Part shown: positions 1-9,384 of the stretch, piece by piece
Position numbering within the stretch: the stretch's first letter is position 1
Layout of the letters: every line of letters starts with the position of its first letter
Source of the DNA: Nitrospina sp. UBA6727
GTDB taxonomy: Bacteria; Nitrospinota; Nitrospinia; Nitrospinales; VA-1
Length of the DNA: 64,000 nucleotides
NCBI GenBank assembly: GCA_002454045.1
Contig: DKID01000026.1
Coordinates: forward strand, 691 to 64,690
Reading direction: 5' to 3'
Translations under genes and position numbers: made by a program
The notes under the pieces: model-generated
What the model saw: the letters and a program-made list of their open reading frames with translations, nothing else
The model's database searches: none
Told to the model about the DNA's origin: nothing

Positions 1-329
1 TTGGAAACATCGTCCAGCAATGCCGGTAAGTCCCGATTGTCCAAGTCGCCTATTTTTTCCCATGAACCCGCGCTGTCGATCAGATGATTCTCCCGCTGAT
101 GGTGCGCTGGTTTTGGTTCCATCATGGGAATGGTCACCACATCCAAAATTTGCGGGCAACCGCCGTCGGCAAACATTTGTTCCCGCTCCAAAATTTCTTC
201 GGTGTCCCGCGCGCTTACTGGCCGTATCCACCCACCGTAGCCTGCGCCAACCACTTCCTTTCCGGCAACACAGTATCCCCTTATTTTTCTTGAGTTGGCT
301 AAACAAACAATTTCTTTTGTGTATGACAT
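1..329 (-). CDS. Dual OB-fold domain-containing protein, N-terminal part (runs off the window edge)
   Basis: Not in the ORF track. Manual minus-strand translation from ATG at 329 gives MSYTKEIVCLANSRKIRGYCVAGKEVVGAGYGGWIRPVSARDTEEI...LDVVTIPM...HHQRENHLID, open to position 1. The CLANSRK..G.CVAG...WIRPVS and Q.EN.L motifs match dual-OB proteins. AGGGG SD lies upstream. Confidence 0.75.
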   Translation of the reverse strand, partial: MSYTKEIVCLANSRKIRGYCVAGKEVVGAGYGGWIRPVSARDTEEILEREQMFADGGCPQILDVVTIPMMEPKPAHHQRENHLIDSAGSWEKIGDLDNRDLPALLDDVS

Positions 330-644
330 ATTCAACCCCTGAGTCGTATCTTGGTCTCGGCGTGACAGATTAGTTAGCGCAAGATCAAAACGCAACAAAT
401 CGTTCGGGGACAATACACCAGCCTAGGGCGGTTTTCAATTTCATTTTTGAATGAGAAAACACACTGCGCAACCTTGCCGTTTCTCGCTTTGCGCAGATTG
501 CGAAAAAGTATTTTCCGCGGTGGTGGTGGCGCGGTCGGCGTGCCGTTGAGTTGGAAAAGAGACTTTCTGTTTGGTGCGGGGTGGGATATACTATTGCAAC
601 AAACAATCGGTTGTCTCACGGTTATCCCAAACGAAAAAAAAGTT

Positions 645-1376
645 ATGCTACGTCTGATTAAAGAGGATGTTCAGATTGCTTTAGAAAAAGACCCCGCCGC
701 GAGAAATTTTCTCGAAGTTTTAATTTTGTATCCCGGTGTTCACGCCTTGATTAGTTATCGGCTGGCGCATCGTTTATGGAATATGGAGTTTAAGTTTCTT
801 GCCCGAATCATTTCCCAATTCTTCAGGTGGATAACGGGTATAGAAATTCATCCCGCTGCAAAAATTGGTCGCCGATTTTTTATCGACCACGGTATGGGAG
901 TTGTGATTGGGGAAACTTCGGAAGTTGGCGACAATGTTTTCATTTACCACGGGGTGACATTGGGGGGCTTGGCGACCAAGAAAGCCAAACGCCATCCCAC
1001 CATTTCCGACAACGTGGTCATCGGTGCTGGCGCGCAGGTCTTGGGCCCAGTCCACGTTGGCCGTAACACCAAGATAGGTTCGGGCTCGGTAGTTCTTCAA
1101 GACGTTCCTGAATATTCCACTGTGATTGGAGTTCCCGGCAGGGTGGTTTTTTCTGGCGTTTCTTCCGACGCGGAAGATGATGAGGGGCCGGAATCTTTTC
1201 CTGATCCTGTGGCGCGGGCGATTGAGTGCATGTTGGATCGGTTGCCGCAAATGGAAAAAGAAATCCGTCAGCTAAAGGAAACCCTTGGGCAGAAGGGAGT
1301 AAGTTCTGCGCCATCAAGACCAGTTGAAATCGATCCCTCCAACATAAAGCGGATGTCCGGCCAGTCGAAGTCTTAA
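645..1376 (+). CDS. cysE: Serine O-acetyltransferase
   Basis: [42 protein letters not shown] and KRHPT motifs. Start reset to ATG 645 (MLRLIKEDV). Confidence 0.95.
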   Translation: MLRLIKEDVQIALEKDPAARNFLEVLILYPGVHALISYRLAHRLWNMEFKFLARIISQFFRWITGIEIHPAAKIGRRFFIDHGMGVVIGETSEVGDNVFIYHGVTLGGLATKKAKRHPTISDNVVIGAGAQVLGPVHVGRNTKIGSGSVVLQDVPEYSTVIGVPGRVVFSGVSSDAEDDEGPESFPDPVARAIECMLDRLPQMEKEIRQLKETLGQKGVSSAPSRPVEIDPSNIKRMSGQSKS

Positions 1377-1490
1377 TTTTAGATTACTCGCTGAACAAAA
1401 GTCTCGCCGTTTCCTGTTACACTCCACCCCGTTCCTTCGTGCTCTATTTTATCTGATTTTTCTCGCGGGTATATTTTCGGTACTTTACAT

Positions 1491-2666
1491 TTGGATAAAA
1501 TCTACCTCGACCACAACGCCACGACGCCGATTGCTCCAGAAGTTTTGCGCGTCGTAACTTCTGTATTGCACGACCAGATGGGGAACCCTTCCAGCGCACA
1601 CTCCATGGGCAGGACGGCCCGCGTCTTGCTGGATGAAGCGCGGGAGCAAGTGGCTTCGCTCATCGGAGCTTCTTCATCCGAAATTATTTTCACCAGCGGG
1701 GGGACGGAGGCAAATAATTTAGCGTTGCTGGGAGTAGCCTTTGGGGTGGGCAAATCTGGCGGGCATATAGTTACTAGCCAGGTGGAGCATCCTTCAATTT
1801 TAAATCCATGCACACAACTTGAAAACCTGGGTTTTGTTGTAGACCGATTGAGGGTCGATGAACTGGGGCGAATTAATTTGCAAGCGTTGGAAAATTGTCT
1901 GACGGAATCAACTCTGCTGATTTCTCTGCAACATTCAAACAGCGAGACCGGGGTTTTGCAGGATGTTAAAAAGATTGGGGAGATTGCCAAGAAAAAGGGA
2001 GTATTGTTTCACACCGACGCGGTGCAAAGTGTGGGCAAAATTCCGGTGCGGGTGCAAGATATTCCTGCCGACATGTTATCTATCTCAGCACATAAACTGA
2101 ATGGAGCGAAAGGAACGGGAGCACTTTATTTGAAGAAGGGAAGCCCGGATTTATTTTCGCCTCTTTGCGGCGGCAGTCAGGAAAAAAAAAGAAGGGGAGG
2201 CACGGAAAATGTGGCGGGGATAGCGGGTTTCGGGAAAGCCTGCGAGTTGGCTCAGAAAAATATAACTTCCCGCGAATGCTCGCGTCTTGCTTCTCTACGC
2301 GACCACTTTTATCAACTGGTATCCAGTCTGATTTCAGGGGTGGAGATTTTTGGCGATTTAGAAAACAGACTTCCCAATACTTTGAACTTGGGATTTGAAG
2401 AAGTTGACGGGGATACTTTGCTAATCAGCCTGGATATGGAAGGGGTGGCAGTCTCCACGGGTTCGGCGTGTAGCTCGGGCAGCGGATTACCTTCGCCAGT
2501 GCTGACGGCGATGAACGTGCCCTCTGAAAAAATTAACTCATCTATTCGTTTTAGTTTTGGTTGGAGCAACACAACGGCGGAAATTGAAAAAGCCGCTAAG
2601 ATTTTGGCGCAAACTGTATCACTAAACCGCGCTGGAAAATCTTGCGTGAAGACAAGCAAACGGTAA
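1491..2666 (+). CDS. iscS: Cysteine desulfurase (IscS/NifS family)
   Basis: YLDHNATTP, FTSGGTEANN, HTDAVQ, SAHK (PLP lysine) and STGSACSSG (catalytic Cys). TTG start. Confidence 0.93.
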   Translation: MDKIYLDHNATTPIAPEVLRVVTSVLHDQMGNPSSAHSMGRTARVLLDEAREQVASLIGASSSEIIFTSGGTEANNLALLGVAFGVGKSGGHIVTSQVEHPSILNPCTQLENLGFVVDRLRVDELGRINLQALENCLTESTLLISLQHSNSETGVLQDVKKIGEIAKKKGVLFHTDAVQSVGKIPVRVQDIPADMLSISAHKLNGAKGTGALYLKKGSPDLFSPLCGGSQEKKRRGGTENVAGIAGFGKACELAQKNITSRECSRLASLRDHFYQLVSSLISGVEIFGDLENRLPNTLNLGFEEVDGDTLLISLDMEGVAVSTGSACSSGSGLPSPVLTAMNVPSEKINSSIRFSFGWSNTTAEIEKAAKILAQTVSLNRAGKSCVKTSKR

Positions 2667-2689
2667 TTCCTCTGCGCGGTCTCTGGTAG

Positions 2690-3475
2690 TCATGAGTCAT
2701 TCAGATATTTTATGACTTCATTCTTATCGGAAAATAATATGGGGTAATTCATGTTCGGTCGTTTAACAACAACGACAGATACTCTGAGTTTTTTTGCCGC
2801 GTCAATCTTTTGAGGTACCCCGCCTTCTTTCCCAGAAGATTTTGTAACGAGACAATCAATAGAGTAATCATCCATCATCGCCTGATTCATGGAAGTGCTG
2901 AACGGTCCTTGGACGGCGATGATCTTGTCCGGCGACACTCCTTTCGATAACAGATGATCAATCAATTGCGGGTCGGGGAGCATTCTAATGTGAACTCGCC
3001 CTTGAAAGTCATGGCTAAGGAAAGGGTCAATGTTTTTGGAGCCCAAGGTCAATAAAATATTCTTGCCTAGAGTTTTGGCTTTTTCTGCGGCTCGTTCAAT
3101 ATTATTTACAAAGCAAATATTTTTTCCTTTCACCGTTCCTTCTGGTCGTTCATATCGAATATAAGGAACCCGACAGGTCCGACAAAAGATCATCAGATTC
3201 TCACTTATTTCCGAAGCAAAAGGATGAGTGGCGTCAATCACCTGCGAGGGGGATTCTAATTTTGCACGCGCAAAAATTTCATCGTCATTTATTCTTCCAG
3301 TTTCTATAACTTCCCGCGGCAATATTTTCGTGGCGACTTTTCTTCCATATTGTGTCGCTACAAATACTCTTAGATGGTAGTTTCTGGAAATTAATTCGCG
3401 GGCGATTTGATTTCCGTCCGACGTGCCGGAGAATAGCCACAGCAGTTTATTTTGAAGAATTTTTTGGGGGAGCAT
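2690..3475 (-). CDS. cbiJ: Cobalt-precorrin-6A reductase
   Basis: SGTSDG, IDATHPFA.EIS.N, RYERP, QGPFS...N.A and LVTKSSG..GG motifs. Last gene of the cbi run. Start reset to ATG 3475. Confidence 0.9.
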   Translation of the reverse strand: MLPQKILQNKLLWLFSGTSDGNQIARELISRNYHLRVFVATQYGRKVATKILPREVIETGRINDDEIFARAKLESPSQVIDATHPFASEISENLMIFCRTCRVPYIRYERPEGTVKGKNICFVNNIERAAEKAKTLGKNILLTLGSKNIDPFLSHDFQGRVHIRMLPDPQLIDHLLSKGVSPDKIIAVQGPFSTSMNQAMMDDYSIDCLVTKSSGKEGGVPQKIDAAKKLRVSVVVVKRPNMNYPILFSDKNEVIKYLNDS

Positions 3476-4205
3476 TGAAAGAATAACCGCGTTGTGTGAC
3501 CAGTTTATTTTGCACGAGCCTGGTTGCATCATTTCCCAAGATGATCGTTGTCAGCATGTCGAACTGCAACGAAAACAAATCTTCAAAAGTTGCAATTTGA
3601 GTTTTTTCTCCAAGCCGGAAGGCATTTGAAACAATTCCGCAAGGTGTTCGGGGCGAGCGATAGGGCTTGAATTCTCTCAGCACTTCATAAACTAATTTCT
3701 TTCTTTTAGAACTTTGCACATTGTGCAGGACAGAAACGAAGCCCCCCTTGCCCGCGAACTTGGCTCTCTCCAAAATGGTTTTTTTGGGAACCAACAAATC
3801 CGAAAGAGACAAAGTCAAAAAATCATGAGCCAAAGGCGCTCCCAATATGGATGCGCAGGCATTTGCCGATGTTATCCCGGGAATAATCTCGTAATCAATT
3901 TGCAGATTATTTTCCTCAAGCCTTTCCAATGTGAGGCCGCCTAGTCCATAGACTCCCGCGTCTCCACTGGAGATGAGGCTGACATCACTTCCTCCCATAG
4001 TTTTGCTAATCGCTATATCTACCCTTTCAATTTCATCTCCCCACGGAGTTGCGATTTGAATTTTATTCTGAATTAAAGTTTGAATTAAATCCAAATACAA
4101 TTGATGTCCAACTATTACTTTGCATTTCTCTAAGGCTTTGTGAGCACGTGGAGTAATCATATCGAGTGCTCCCGGTCCAATAGATACCAAATAGAGTTTG
4201 CCCAT
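3447..4205 (-). CDS. cbiH: Cobalt-precorrin-3B C17-methyltransferase
   Basis: MGKLYLVSIGPG, SSGDAGVYG, GAPLAHDF..LSLSDLL and TQRGY motifs. Start at ATG 4205. Confidence 0.92.
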   Translation of the reverse strand: MGKLYLVSIGPGALDMITPRAHKALEKCKVIVGHQLYLDLIQTLIQNKIQIATPWGDEIERVDIAISKTMGGSDVSLISSGDAGVYGLGGLTLERLEENNLQIDYEIIPGITSANACASILGAPLAHDFLTLSLSDLLVPKKTILERAKFAGKGGFVSVLHNVQSSKRKKLVYEVLREFKPYRSPRTPCGIVSNAFRLGEKTQIATFEDLFSLQFDMLTTIILGNDATRLVQNKLVTQRGYSFNAPPKNSSK

Positions 4206-4207
4206 TA

Positions 4208-5011
4208 TTATGGTCTCCGGCTTATGATTTCCGACTCCCGCACGAGAGCGACGGCGCAACCATTTGCTGTGGTTTTGGGAACTACTAATTCGCCAAAATG
4301 AGAAGCCATCAAAGCCGTCGGCTCACAAACACCCGGAACACCAACGTTGTCTTCCACGAAACTTGAAGACGAAACTTGAATTTTGGCTGCGTTGATTTCA
4401 TTCGCAGAAAAAATTACCAAGGGCCAGTGGAATTCATCTGCTAGTTTTAGAATGCAGGGTTCGTTTTCTTTTAAATCAATGGTGGCCATTATTCTGACTT
4501 GACCATGAGGGACTTCGGCATTTTTTAAAATTTCGGCGACGAGATTTTTTAAGCAATCATAGTTCACATTTTTTTTACAACCTACGCCCAAAACATAATT
4601 CTTCATGGATTCCGTCCCGGTGGTGATGACGGGAACGCAACCTGTTTTGCTTGCTACTCGATGAGCCAACTCATTGGCGTTGCCTTCGTGCCCGCCAAGA
4701 AGGGATATTGCGTGACGGCCAAACTCATCGCAAACTATGACTCCAGGGCCGGACCGTTTATCCAAAATCATTGTGCTTAATGAACGAACGACAATCCCGG
4801 CGGCCATGACGCAGACGAAACCTTTGTACTTCATAAAATTTTCGCTTAGCCAGTCTTTGAATTTGGAATCGTATGTCATCGCGCCATTTTTGAAACCTGA
4901 AGATTTGGGAACCCACAAATCCCAAGAAGGATAAGCTTGGCGCAGTTTCCGGGCAAACGTTAGACCTTCTGAACGGATGACAACAATTGCCGTTTTGTCA
5001 GATGCGGACAT
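4208..5011 (-). CDS. cbiG: Cobalt-precorrin-5A hydrolase
   Basis: MAAGIVVR, ISLLGGHEGNAN, GVGCKK, IDLKENEP and GVCEPTAL motifs. Confidence 0.9.
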   Translation of the reverse strand: MSASDKTAIVVIRSEGLTFARKLRQAYPSWDLWVPKSSGFKNGAMTYDSKFKDWLSENFMKYKGFVCVMAAGIVVRSLSTMILDKRSGPGVIVCDEFGRHAISLLGGHEGNANELAHRVASKTGCVPVITTGTESMKNYVLGVGCKKNVNYDCLKNLVAEILKNAEVPHGQVRIMATIDLKENEPCILKLADEFHWPLVIFSANEINAAKIQVSSSSFVEDNVGVPGVCEPTALMASHFGELVVPKTTANGCAVALVRESEIISRRP

Positions 5012-5762
5012 TTTTTTTCCGAAAGAGATGAGAATATTCTTTTGAATATAGGCGGGAATCATAGAAGTCTTCCGAATTAAAAACTTCGCCCACTAATATC
5101 AGCGCTGTCAAACGGATTCCTTCTTCATCCACCTTGCCCGCGATGGTTTCGATGTTCCCTTTTATAATTTTTTCATCTTCCCAACTTGCTTTATAAACCA
5201 CTATCACTGGAGTTTCCGGGGGGTAATGGATGGATAATTTTTTGACGACTTCTTTGATTTTGTGGATGGACAAGAACAAGCATAGGGTGCATTTATGAGA
5301 GGCTAGCTTCTCGAGATCTTCATCTGGAGGAACCTGAGTTCTTCCACCGATTCTAGAGAGGATCACAGTTTGTGAAATTCCTGGAAGTGTCAGTTCACTT
5401 TTTAAAGTTGCAGCGCTCGCCGCCATTGAAGAGACGCCTGGGATCACTTCATATTGGATGCCAATTTTGTTCAAAGCCCGCATTTGTTCTGCGATGGTTC
5501 CGTAAACCGACAAGTCCCCACTCTGCAATCTGGCGACATTTCGATCCGCATCTCGGGCTTCTTTATAAATGGCTACTTGTTCTTCGAGATTTAACTTTGA
5601 AGTATCGCAGATTCGGGTAGCTTCGGGAAGACTGGACAAAATTTCTGGGTTAATCAATGAACCTGCATACATGACATAAGAACAGGCGTGCAACCGACGG
5701 TTTCCCTTTACGGTCATCAGCTCAACATCACCCGGACCTGCTCCTATAAAATAAACTTTCAC
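4998..5762 (-). CDS. cbiF: Cobalt-precorrin-4 C11-methyltransferase
   Basis: VYFIGAGPGDVELMTVKG, YAGSLI, ARLQSGD.SVYG.IAEQ, ELTLPGISQTVI and SRLY motifs. Confidence 0.94.
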   Translation of the reverse strand: MKVYFIGAGPGDVELMTVKGNRRLHACSYVMYAGSLINPEILSSLPEATRICDTSKLNLEEQVAIYKEARDADRNVARLQSGDLSVYGTIAEQMRALNKIGIQYEVIPGVSSMAASAATLKSELTLPGISQTVILSRIGGRTQVPPDEDLEKLASHKCTLCLFLSIHKIKEVVKKLSIHYPPETPVIVVYKASWEDEKIIKGNIETIAGKVDEEGIRLTALILVGEVFNSEDFYDSRLYSKEYSHLFRKKNVRI

Positions 5763-6499
5763 CGGCCATTCCTCTTATGGGGTAGAACTTTTCGGATGAG
5801 GATTACGGACAAATAGCCTGGCTTTTCGTCGCGACTTAAACTCATGAGGTCGCGGGTCAGGATTTCATTATCCAAACCAATCCGTTTTCCAAGCACACAA
5901 TTTTTCAGGATATCCATTTCGATCAAAAGTTCGCGAACCCAACCAAACCGGTCGCCGATTTTCATAAGGACGATGCTTTCGTTCCTCTCAATTTCCTCTC
6001 TTAATTCTGCGGGAGTTTCCGGACAGGGAAGAATCAGGATTTTTTCTTTACCCTGACCTAGGGGAAAATCTAGGGCTGCGGATAACGCTTGAAAAGAACT
6101 TATTCCGGGATAAGTTGAGATGGAAATTCCAGGCATTAATTCTTTCAAGGCGGCGACGGTGTAAGAATAGGTTGAATAAATATACGGATCCCCAATGGTG
6201 ATATAAACGAGGTTCAGTTTTTTTTTTAGGTCAACGATAATCCTTCCAGCAATATCTCGGTAAATCGAACTGAGAAAATTTTCATCGTTGGACATGGGGT
6301 AATCTAAAAACTCAATTGCATCTTGTTGGATATCGATATCCTTTATGCAGGCTAAGGCTACGGAACTCTTTGAGCCGCTGGCGCGAGGAACCAAAACCTT
6401 GTCAGCCTTCATCAGAGTGTTGAGACTTTTTACGGTGATATATTCCCGCGGTCCCGGCCCCACGCCGATTCCAAAAAATGTTCCACAAGTTTCATTCAT
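5759..6499 (-). CDS. cbiL: Cobalt-precorrin-2 C20-methyltransferase
   Basis: GIGVGPG..EYITVK, TIGDPYIYSTY, PGISSF, VLMK and YLS motifs. Confidence 0.92.
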   Translation of the reverse strand: MNETCGTFFGIGVGPGPREYITVKSLNTLMKADKVLVPRASGSKSSVALACIKDIDIQQDAIEFLDYPMSNDENFLSSIYRDIAGRIIVDLKKKLNLVYITIGDPYIYSTYSYTVAALKELMPGISISTYPGISSFQALSAALDFPLGQGKEKILILPCPETPAELREEIERNESIVLMKIGDRFGWVRELLIEMDILKNCVLGKRIGLDNEILTRDLMSLSRDEKPGYLSVILIRKVLPHKRNGR

Positions 6500-7640
6500 T
6501 GATTACTGCTTGCCCGATCAGGTTGCCTTTGAAATCTGCCAATAAAACTTTCACCGGCATTATTTTTTCTATGTACTCGAAAACCGCTCGCGAAATTTTC
6601 TCTGCTACCGCATCAAAAAAAATACTGCTGATATGATTCTCTGCGCTGATTTGGATTAAATGTTCCACCGTGTTCGATGATTGCAATTTTATTTTCATAG
6701 CGTTTGGAAAAATATTTTCCGCAATTTTTAAAAGGGCAGAGAGCGCGGATGGAGATTGACTGGAGTGGGTGTTCCAATGTCCATCAATCACTTTCGCCAA
6801 TTTGCCAGGGTGGCCTGCCAGGATGAGCGTTTTCACATTATCTTTTTCTGCGCACGATTTTTGTTTTAAGTGCTCCAGCGCGAATCCGATGAAATTCGAA
6901 ACCATACATATTCGGTTCAAGGGCACCCCTTTTTTTTCGTGAAAAAATTTCTGCCCCCAACGTCCCGGACTAAAAACAATGAACTTCGATCGCGTTGCCA
7001 AAGCCACATCAATATAAATTTCGATTGATGCCTTCCATGCACTCTGGGACATAGGCTCAACTATCCCAGTTGTTCCGAGGATAGAAATCCCTTTGTGAAT
7101 TCCTAGTCTGGGGTTAAAAGTTTTTGAAGCGATTTTCTCCCCATCGGGAACACTGATCACCACGTCCAATCCAGACTCTCTCCATGCTTCATGGGTCGCG
7201 GGGTCTTTAAGAACTTGCTCGAGATTTTGCCGGATCATTTGTCTGGGAATAGGGTTGATCGCGGGTTCCCCCTTGGGAATTTGGAGTCCCGCTTCGGTTA
7301 TTATTCCCACGCCATCCCCTGCGTAAAAATAAATCCCCGTCCTCTGTTTATTTGACTTTACCTCCACTTCCACTTTGCATTTGTCTGTCACATCGGGATC
7401 ATCGCCCGCGTCTTTTATAACTTGAGCCATCGCCCCTTGTTTTGTGCTACGGCAAAAATTTACGGGAACCAACAATTTTTTTCCTGAAGGCAAATCAATT
7501 TCAATCTGTTTCTCTTCGGACTTAAAGATTAAAAAATTGAGAGCACTCTTGGCCGCCGCCGCGGCACAACTACCCGTTGTGATTCCCCGGGTCAATCCGT
7601 TTGCGGCTGGGATGGTTAAATCAACGATGGAGGTTGGCAT
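6492..7640 (-). CDS. cbiD: Cobalt-precorrin-5B C1-methyltransferase
   Basis: GITTGSCAAAAAK, KDAGDDPDVT, GEPAINPIPR, TFNPRLGI..GISILGTTGIVEPMS and GHPGKLAK motifs. CbiD marks the anaerobic pathway. Confidence 0.95.
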   Translation of the reverse strand: MPTSIVDLTIPAANGLTRGITTGSCAAAAAKSALNFLIFKSEEKQIEIDLPSGKKLLVPVNFCRSTKQGAMAQVIKDAGDDPDVTDKCKVEVEVKSNKQRTGIYFYAGDGVGIITEAGLQIPKGEPAINPIPRQMIRQNLEQVLKDPATHEAWRESGLDVVISVPDGEKIASKTFNPRLGIHKGISILGTTGIVEPMSQSAWKASIEIYIDVALATRSKFIVFSPGRWGQKFFHEKKGVPLNRICMVSNFIGFALEHLKQKSCAEKDNVKTLILAGHPGKLAKVIDGHWNTHSSQSPSALSALLKIAENIFPNAMKIKLQSSNTVEHLIQISAENHISSIFFDAVAEKISRAVFEYIEKIMPVKVLLADFKGNLIGQAVINE

Positions 7641-7657
7641 ACCGTTTTCCTGAAAGG

Positions 7658-8296
7658 TCAAGCGTTTTCCTTGAGGGTCCAGATCATTAGGGCATTAAAA
7701 ATTGCGGCGGCGACGGTGGAACCTCCGCGGGTTCCTTCATTAGTAATGTATGGAATTTTATTTTGCCGACGCAATGAATCTTTGCTGGCTTCAGTCCCCA
7801 CGAAACCCACCGGAATTCCGATGATCAATTCAGCGTCAAGTTGGTTGTTCCAGATAAGATTGACGGCTTCATCGAGAGCCGTGGGGGCGTCACCAATAAT
7901 CAGGATTTTTGGGGAATCCGCTTTTTGTGCGATGAAACGTCTCAAGCTCGCTACGGCTCTTGTGGTACTTTCATTTTCAGCTTTCCGAAATGTTTCTGGA
8001 TCATGGATCATGCAACAAGTTTTCAGATTCAGCATTTCTAGAAGAGTTCTCTTTAAGCCCGCCTGCACCATTGTGACATCCGTCCATATCGTGGCTTCAT
8101 TGGAAATGGCTTGCACGGCTGATTGAACGGCGTTCGCAGAAATTTTAAATCCACTGATAAATCCCGTGTCTCCAGTTGTGTGAATGACGCGTTTGAATAT
8201 TTCGCTGTGCGCTTCGGGATAGCAAGAAAGATCCACCAAGCCGTCGATGATTTCGTAACTTTTTTTTTCAATGGGGTGTGGTTGATAGGAAGACAT
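7658..8296 (-). CDS. cbiC: Cobalt-precorrin-8 methylmutase
   Basis: IEKKSYEII, RVIHTTGD, IGDAPTAL, IPVGFVG..ASK and RGGSTVAAAIFNAL motifs. Confidence 0.93.
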   Translation of the reverse strand: MSSYQPHPIEKKSYEIIDGLVDLSCYPEAHSEIFKRVIHTTGDTGFISGFKISANAVQSAVQAISNEATIWTDVTMVQAGLKRTLLEMLNLKTCCMIHDPETFRKAENESTTRAVASLRRFIAQKADSPKILIIGDAPTALDEAVNLIWNNQLDAELIIGIPVGFVGTEASKDSLRRQNKIPYITNEGTRGGSTVAAAIFNALMIWTLKENA

Positions 8297-8323
8297 TAAA
8301 CCACCTTATTTTTTTTGAACGGT

Positions 8324-9283
8324 TCACTTCTCCCGACCCGAATGATCATGGGAGTGGCGATGGTTGTGTCCATGGTCTAGACCGTGGTGACCTTCGATGC
8401 CTCGAACGTGGTGATGGTGACCGACTTGCGGTTCTCCCACCTGATCTTCAAACCCCACCACTTGCTCGCGGTATTTACATATTTGGCAGTTCATATTTTG
8501 AAGACCAAAAGGTATTTCCCGAGCCCGTTCCATGAACACATCCACGATCAAATCGTCATAATTCAGATAAGGAGCTTTTAAGAATTCCACGGCGGGGAAA
8601 TTTTTCTTAAAATCGTCGGCGACGGAATATATTCTTTTTACCAACACTCCGGTGAAAAGGAAAAAGGGGAAAATAATAATTCGCCCGAATCCCATTCTTA
8701 AGGCTTTTTCCAAAGCATCGGACAACAAGGGTTGCGTGATTCCGATGAAGCTCGTTTCTGCCCAGCCAAATCCCATCCCCTCCCACAACATCCTGGAAAT
8801 TTTCGCGATGTTGGAATTGGCATCGGGGTCACTGCTACCGCGCCCGACCGTCATGAGTAATGTTTCGGTGCGCGGGGTTTTTCGCGGCGAAGTTTTTTCG
8901 GCAGACTCAATGCGGTCGGCGCAAACCCGTAATACTTTTGGATGGATGTCCAGAGGACGACCATACCGAATATTCAGGTCGGGAAATTTTCGCGCCGCTG
9001 ACAGGACTTCGCTGGGCATATCATTTTTGACGTGGCTGGCGGCCATCAACACGCCCGGAATCACGACGACATTTTTGATTCCATTCTGTACGCATTTTGC
9101 AATTGCGTCATCGATGGTAGGTTTTGCAAACTCGAGAAAACCGCATTCGACAATTCTGTCGGGTTCTCTTGCCTTGAACTTTGCGGCCAAAGTTAGAAAT
9201 TCGTGTATGCCTTCCTTGTCGCGGCTCCCGTGGCCGGCGATGCAAACGGCATAGTCGCTTGGCAAAGTGTCAATCGTCTCCAT
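8324..9283 (-). CDS. cbiX: Sirohydrochlorin cobaltochelatase, long form with MxCxxC motif and His-rich tail
   Basis: GHGSR, FLEFAKP, SHVKNDMP, GRGSSDPDAN, MNCQICKYR and HHHHVRG...HHGLDHGHNHRHSHDH. Confidence 0.93.
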   Translation of the reverse strand: METIDTLPSDYAVCIAGHGSRDKEGIHEFLTLAAKFKAREPDRIVECGFLEFAKPTIDDAIAKCVQNGIKNVVVIPGVLMAASHVKNDMPSEVLSAARKFPDLNIRYGRPLDIHPKVLRVCADRIESAEKTSPRKTPRTETLLMTVGRGSSDPDANSNIAKISRMLWEGMGFGWAETSFIGITQPLLSDALEKALRMGFGRIIIFPFFLFTGVLVKRIYSVADDFKKNFPAVEFLKAPYLNYDDLIVDVFMERAREIPFGLQNMNCQICKYREQVVGFEDQVGEPQVGHHHHVRGIEGHHGLDHGHNHRHSHDHSGREK

Positions 9284-9313
9284 ACTTTTTCCTGTGAGGA
9301 AGAGAACCTATGG

Positions 9314-9349
9314 TTCGCCGTTGGACTTTGTGAAAAACGCAACGGCGAA
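9314..9349. terminator. Inverted-repeat hairpin between the propeller gene and cbiX (possible mRNA stability or partial-termination element)
   Basis: TTCGCCGTTG (9314-9323) pairs with CAACGGCGAA (9340-9349), a perfect 10-bp stem. No clear U-tract on the minus strand. Confidence 0.4.
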
Positions 9350-9384
9350 GTTGTAATTCATAATTGCAAAATAAAAACCGCGGC

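Noticed and set aside
20-619. Short ORFs 20..373, 84..293, 374..619 and 385..606
   Set aside because: No recognisable motifs. The first two are antisense to the dual-OB frame, and the others lie in the divergent promoter region.
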